From Bacteriovoracaceae bacterium (GTDB taxonomy: Bacteria; Bdellovibrionota; Bacteriovoracia; Bacteriovoracales; Bacteriovoracaceae), in contig JABIHA010000062.1 in the NCBI GenBank assembly GCA_018649885.1, positions 1 to 64,000 of the forward strand: a DNA stretch of 64,000 nucleotides. The letters run 5' to 3'. The notes beneath the pieces were generated by a model. The model was given only the letters and a program-made list of their open reading frames with translations. It had not been told where the DNA came from and did not search any database. This document shows positions 59,160-64,000 of the stretch, piece by piece. The stretch's first letter is position 1, and every line of letters begins with the position of its first letter. A program made the translations under genes and the position numbers.

Positions 59160-61589
59160 CTAGGCTGCTATTTGTGGATCTACTTTATTCTTTCTCTTCG
59201 TTTTTTTCTTGGCCTGACCAGCTTTTCGATCTTCGATTTTTTCATAGTCAATTATCGCAACTTTCAATACTTCTTCAAAAGTTTTGACTGGTACAAAGTT
59301 AATTTTTTCTCTGTATTCATCAGGAATATCAACTAAGTCTTTTTCATTTTGATGTGGAATAATAATTGTTGAAATTCCCATTCTCATTGCTGCAAGGGCC
59401 TTTTCTTTTAAACCACCAATTGGGAGTACCTTGCCTGTCAATGTGATTTCTCCAGTCATGGCCACATCACAATCTACCTCTGTATCGGTGATTAGTGAGA
59501 ATATGGCAGTGGCAAGAGTAATGCCTGCACTTGGTCCATCTTTTGGTGTAGCACCTGCTGGGATATGGATATGCAACTCATGATGATCAAAAAACTCTTC
59601 ATCAATTGCATAATATTCAGATCGGCTTCTTATGTGACCAACTGCTGTGTGGGCACTTTCCTTCATTACATCACCGAGTTGACCGGTAAGTGTAAGGCCT
59701 TTACCCTTCATTTTAGTGGCTTCAATATATAGTATCTCACCACCTGCTGATGTCCAAGCAAGCCCTGTTACAACGCCAACTTCATCTTCTGTTTTGTGAT
59801 CTTCTATAGTAAATAATGGTGGTCCAAGAAGATCTAGCACTGTTTGAGATTTGATATCTGTTTTCTCACTCACGCCAGTGGCAATCTTTTTCGCAACTTT
59901 TCTACAAAGAGATCCAATTTGCCTTTCTAGGTTTCTTAGTCCGGCTTCTCTAGTGAAGTTCGCTATAACTGTTGAAATACCATCATCTTGAAATTCGATA
60001 TCTGTATCAGTTACACCGTTCTCATCCATTTGTTTTGGAATAAGATACTTTTTAGAAATTTTGAGTTTCTCTTCTTGCGTATACCCGCTTATTGAAAGAA
60101 CTTCCATTCGATCTCTAAGTGGTACTGGTATACTGTCCATTACATTTGCTGTTGCTATAAACATTACATTTGATAAATCGAATGAAACATTTATGAAGTG
60201 ATCTTTAAAAGTATGGTTTTGTTCAGGGTCCAGAACTTCAAGTAATGCACTTGCTGGATCTCCTCTGAAATCTGAACCGAGTTTATCAATTTCATCTAGC
60301 ATTATGACTGGGTTATTGGTTCCCGCTTGTTTTAATGCTTGGATGAAAATTCCTGGCATAGCACCAACATAAGTTCTTCTATGGCCTCTTATTTCAGCTT
60401 CATCTCTTATACCACCTAAGGAAAGTCTTACAAATTCCCTACCAGTTGCTTTGGCAATAGATTTTCCAAGACTTGTTTTCCCTACTCCGGGAGGTCCTGC
60501 AAAACACATGATTGGGCCTCTCATTTTCTTTCCCTTGAGGCTTCTTACTGCCAGGTACTCGAGAACTCTTTCTTTCACTTTTTGTAAATCGAAGTGATCC
60601 TGATCTAGTACACTCTTAGCATTTACAAGATCAAAATTTTCTTTGCTCTCTACACTCCAAGGAATATCAATTAGCCAATCAAGGTAATTTCGGAGTATTG
60701 ATGATTCTGAGGAATCTGGATGCATTTTTTCCAGACGCAGAAGTTGTTTTCTTGCTTCCTTCTCAGCTTCAAGAGACATTTTCGCATCAGTAATTTTATC
60801 TCTTAGATCTGTGAATTCGTCTTTTTCTTGACCATCATCACCAAGTTCAGATTTTATTGCTCTAATTTGTTCTCTAAGAAAATATTCTTTTTGTGACTTA
60901 GATATTTCATCTTTTGCCACATTTCTAATTTTCGCTTGCATCGCAAGTATTTCTAGCTCACGACTCAAAATATCACTAATTTTTTGAAGCCTATCAATTG
61001 GATCTAGTGTTTCTAGAATCATTTGAGCTTCTGAAACTTTTAGGTTGAGATTTGAAGAAACGAGATCAGCTAGCCTACCTGGATCTTGAATATCTTCAAG
61101 TACCATTAAAATGTCAGGTGATAAGACTTTCCCGAGAGAGATAATTTTTTCTAATTGCTCTCTTACATTTCTCATAACAGCTTGAATCGCAACATTTCCC
61201 GGATCAGCAGCAAGGTTTTCAACTTTATCCAATTTTACTTCGTAAAATGGAGAAGTTTGAAGAAACTGAGTAATCCTTGCTTTGGAAAGACCTTGAACTA
61301 ATATCTTAATTCTTCCGTCAGGTAATTTTCTCATTCTCATAATCATCGCAACTGTACCGACTTCATAAATTTCACCCGGTTCAGGACTTTCTGCTTGTAT
61401 ATCCTTTTGACTTGCTAAAAGGATAAGACGATCTGAGTTATTAAGAGCATGCTCTACAGCTTGTATTGATGTTTCCCTTCCCACAAACAACGGGAGAATC
61501 ATAAAAGGGTAAACTACAATATCGCGGATAGGCAGGAGAGGGAGTTGTTCTTTAAGCTCTATATTATCACCCTCGTAATTTGTCACCAT
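59160..61589 (-). CDS. lon: ATP-dependent Lon protease (paralogue 2)
   Basis: LPLLPIRD, GPPGVGKTS, GHRRTYVGAMPG, PKDGPSAG, GGLKEK. Confidence 0.97.
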   Translation of the reverse strand: MVTNYEGDNIELKEQLPLLPIRDIVVYPFMILPLFVGRETSIQAVEHALNNSDRLILLASQKDIQAESPEPGEIYEVGTVAMIMRMRKLPDGRIKILVQGLSKARITQFLQTSPFYEVKLDKVENLAADPGNVAIQAVMRNVREQLEKIISLGKVLSPDILMVLEDIQDPGRLADLVSSNLNLKVSEAQMILETLDPIDRLQKISDILSRELEILAMQAKIRNVAKDEISKSQKEYFLREQIRAIKSELGDDGQEKDEFTDLRDKITDAKMSLEAEKEARKQLLRLEKMHPDSSESSILRNYLDWLIDIPWSVESKENFDLVNAKSVLDQDHFDLQKVKERVLEYLAVRSLKGKKMRGPIMCFAGPPGVGKTSLGKSIAKATGREFVRLSLGGIRDEAEIRGHRRTYVGAMPGIFIQALKQAGTNNPVIMLDEIDKLGSDFRGDPASALLEVLDPEQNHTFKDHFINVSFDLSNVMFIATANVMDSIPVPLRDRMEVLSISGYTQEEKLKISKKYLIPKQMDENGVTDTDIEFQDDGISTVIANFTREAGLRNLERQIGSLCRKVAKKIATGVSEKTDIKSQTVLDLLGPPLFTIEDHKTEDEVGVVTGLAWTSAGGEILYIEATKMKGKGLTLTGQLGDVMKESAHTAVGHIRSRSEYYAIDEEFFDHHELHIHIPAGATPKDGPSAGITLATAIFSLITDTEVDCDVAMTGEITLTGKVLPIGGLKEKALAAMRMGISTIIIPHQNEKDLVDIPDEYREKINFVPVKTFEEVLKVAIIDYEKIEDRKAGQAKKKTKRKNKVDPQIAA

Positions 61590-61832
61590 TATGAATTCCT
61601 CCAGGACAATTCACCATGAACTTCTATCAAGGGGGGATTCGGGATTATGGGCAATCTTCTTTACTACTTTTTTAATAATTACGCGTATTTTTCTCAATAA
61701 ATTAGAATAGTTGAGACACTTTGCCTTTATTAAGGGCCGGTTATTATGTAAGATAGGCTTTCGGAATTGCTTTTTTGGGCATATTTACAATATATAAAAA
61801 ATCAAAAAAAAATAATACCGAAGGAATTTAGT

Positions 61833-63242
61833 ATGTCTTATGATTTTGGTGTGGCAATACTAGCTGCCGGACAAGGAACTAGATTAAAACTTAATCTTCC
61901 AAAAGTCCTAAGTCCCTGTGTAGGAGAGGTTCTCATCAATTTTCCTCTTAATGCAGCTGACCAATTTTTAGCCTTAGAAAAGATGTCAGGCCTAATTGGC
62001 GTTGTCGTTGGTCATCAAAGAGAGTTGGTTTCTGATCACCTCGAAAAGTATCGATCCAAAATAAAAAGTTCACTAAAAATTGCTGTGCAAGAAGTCCAAA
62101 ATGGAACTGGTGGAGCCCTTAGGGAGTATTTTGAGCAAATCCCTCATGCAAAAGATACTGTGTACACAATGGTGCTTTGTGGGGATACCCCCATTATTGG
62201 ATCAAAGGACTTACAAGAATTATTTGCAAGTCTTAGCGCGGACCCCAAGTTAAATGCAGTTGCAGCAAGCTTTATTGCTAAAAACCCCAAAGGATACGGG
62301 CGTATTGTAAGAGGCGGCAGTGGGTTTCGAATTGTTGAGGAAAAGGATGCAACTGATGATATTAGAAAAATTTGTGAGGTAAACTCGGGATTGTATATTG
62401 CGAAGACTGAATTTGTACTAGCAAATCTCTACCAAATTGATGATAAAAACAAATCGAATGAGCTTTATTTAACTGACTTATTTAAAGAAAATCACCATGT
62501 TCGCCCGGTATGCTTTCCGAGTGAAGAAGTATTCGTAGGGGTTAACACACTTAAACAGCTCCAAGTCGTAAGTAAAACATTATATCAAATGAAATGTGAT
62601 GACTTACTTGAATCAGGAGTAAGGCTTTTTGATTCAAGCTCTACATATGTTGATTGGACTGTTGAAATTGGCAGAGGAAGTTATCTTTATCCAAATGTAA
62701 TAATAGAGGGCAACTCCTCTATAGGTGAAAATTGCTGTATTATGGCCAATTGCCACCTAATAGATACCAAGATTTCAAATGATGTCACTGTGAAATCATT
62801 TTGCTCTATGGAAGGTGCCTCTATTCAAAATTCAGCAGTTGTTGGCCCATTTGCAAGGCTCAGACCTCTCGCCAATATTGGTGAAGGCTCTAAGGTCGGA
62901 AATTTTGTTGAGATAAAAAAATCAAACCTCGGCAAGGGCGTAAAGGTAAGTCATCTGAGCTACGTTGGGGACGCAGAGATTGGAGAAAACACTAATATTG
63001 GATGCGGTTTTGTTTCCGTTAACTATGACGGAGTTAATAAGCACAAGACCAGTATTGGCAAAAATTCTTTTATAGGATCTGGATGCAATCTAATCGCCCC
63101 GATTAAAGTGGGAGATAGCAGTTTTGTTGCTGCTGGATCAACAGTAAATAAAGATATTCCTGAAGGCAGCTTTGCGATTGCCAGGGGAAGGCAGACCAAT
63201 AAAGATGGGCTTGCAAAAAAATTCCTTCCCAAAAAAGACTAG
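61833..63242 (+). CDS. glmU: Bifunctional UDP-GlcNAc pyrophosphorylase / GlcN-1-P acetyltransferase
   Basis: ILAAGQGTRL, GYGRIVR, GPFARLRP, HLSYVGDA, NYDGVNKH. Confidence 0.96.
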   Translation: MSYDFGVAILAAGQGTRLKLNLPKVLSPCVGEVLINFPLNAADQFLALEKMSGLIGVVVGHQRELVSDHLEKYRSKIKSSLKIAVQEVQNGTGGALREYFEQIPHAKDTVYTMVLCGDTPIIGSKDLQELFASLSADPKLNAVAASFIAKNPKGYGRIVRGGSGFRIVEEKDATDDIRKICEVNSGLYIAKTEFVLANLYQIDDKNKSNELYLTDLFKENHHVRPVCFPSEEVFVGVNTLKQLQVVSKTLYQMKCDDLLESGVRLFDSSSTYVDWTVEIGRGSYLYPNVIIEGNSSIGENCCIMANCHLIDTKISNDVTVKSFCSMEGASIQNSAVVGPFARLRPLANIGEGSKVGNFVEIKKSNLGKGVKVSHLSYVGDAEIGENTNIGCGFVSVNYDGVNKHKTSIGKNSFIGSGCNLIAPIKVGDSSFVAAGSTVNKDIPEGSFAIARGRQTNKDGLAKKFLPKKD

Positions 63243-63400
63243 CTGCGCCATTTTTTTTATGAAAGGGGATATTTAGGCCAAAAAAGCTGTAATAACTACA
63301 TCTTTTTGCACTAAATATTTTCATGAAAGGTCCCTTTTGATAGCTTCACCTTAATAATTTTACTTATTTGGGGAAATTGAATTTATAGGAGTGATTTAAT

Positions 63401-64000
63401 ATGTGTGGAATTGTAGGCCATATTGGGGATGGAAATTCTGTAGAAGTAATATTAGCCGGTCTAAAAAGACTTGAGTATCGAGGCTATGACTCAGCCGGAC
63501 TTTGTATCAAGACAGCTGAAGACGAGCTGGTACTTTATAAAAAAGCAGGCAAATTAGAAAATCTTGAAAATCTAGTTCGACCACTTAATTTAGCAGCATC
63601 AATTGGAATTGGTCACACTCGGTGGGCCACACACGGTGGCGTTACTGATTTTAATGCCCACCCACACGTAAATGGAAATATAGCACTTGTTTGCAACGGT
63701 ATAATTGAAAATGCGGGCTCTATTAAAAAAGAACTCTTAGCTGAAGGCTGGGAATTTAAATCAGAGACCGACACAGAGGTTTTCTTAATATTAGTAAAAA
63801 AGGCCTTGAGCCAAGGCATGAACTTTAGAGAATCAGTGTGTGATTCTTTTAAAAAGGTTCGCGGAAATAGTGCACTCGTTGTCCTTGATAGATTTTCTAA
63901 TGAAATTGTATGCATCAGAAGGTCTGCCCCTATTGTCATGGGCCTAGGCGCTGATCACCACAATGGTTTTATTGCCTCAGACCCTTATGCACTTGTTGGT
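63401..64000 (+). CDS. glmS: Glutamine-fructose-6-phosphate aminotransferase, 3'-truncated by the window edge
   Basis: MCGIVG start, LKRLEYRGYDSAG, IGHTRWATHG; follows glmU. Absent from the ORF track because it runs off the end. Confidence 0.96.
   Translation, partial: MCGIVGHIGDGNSVEVILAGLKRLEYRGYDSAGLCIKTAEDELVLYKKAGKLENLENLVRPLNLAASIGIGHTRWATHGGVTDFNAHPHVNGNIALVCNGIIENAGSIKKELLAEGWEFKSETDTEVFLILVKKALSQGMNFRESVCDSFKKVRGNSALVVLDRFSNEIVCIRRSAPIVMGLGADHHNGFIASDPYALVG

Noticed and set aside
63243..63400. glmS ribozyme
   Set aside because: Only GCGCCA matches; the conserved GACGAGG and downstream core are absent.
63613..63939. 108-aa minus-strand ORF
   Set aside because: Antisense shadow of glmS; the same applies to the other short antisense ORFs inside recA, alaS, fadD and fliC.
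1..64000. Prophage, IS element, integrase, tRNA/rRNA or defence island
   Set aside because: No transposase, integrase, phage structural, cloverleaf or restriction/Cas motifs were recognised.

Overview
AT-rich bacterial chromosome segment, most consistent with a predatory Bdellovibrionota (Bacteriovoracia-like). This is inferred from short tandem flagellins, a Tad/Flp pilus cluster followed by a YD-repeat gene and small secreted peptides (the layout of the Bdellovibrio hit locus), two Lon paralogues and many secreted proteases. Housekeeping genes: a truncated, partly degenerate uvrA-like gene, lon x2, rpoZ, an acyl-CoA synthetase, alaS, recA-recX, pgpA, recG, greA, an ABC1/UbiB kinase, glmU and the 5' part of glmS. 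An unannotated ~200-nt rod-shaped RNA (probable 6S) lies divergent from the flp pilin. Best candidates for new biology: (1) a hit-like module of a basic, toxin-less YD-repeat protein plus two acidic secreted peptides sharing a GQD-x5-C motif, the second with its own sigma54-type promoter; (2) a dispersed set of sigma28-like promoters often followed by GGA-loop hairpins, linking flagellin, pilin, a matrixin operon, a rhomboid/FHA-RDD pair and one Lon; (3) a stand-alone RelA/SpoT-synthetase-like protein; (4) several apparently leaderless genes. No rRNA, tRNA, CRISPR array or transposase was seen. All calls come from reading motifs by eye; no database search was run.
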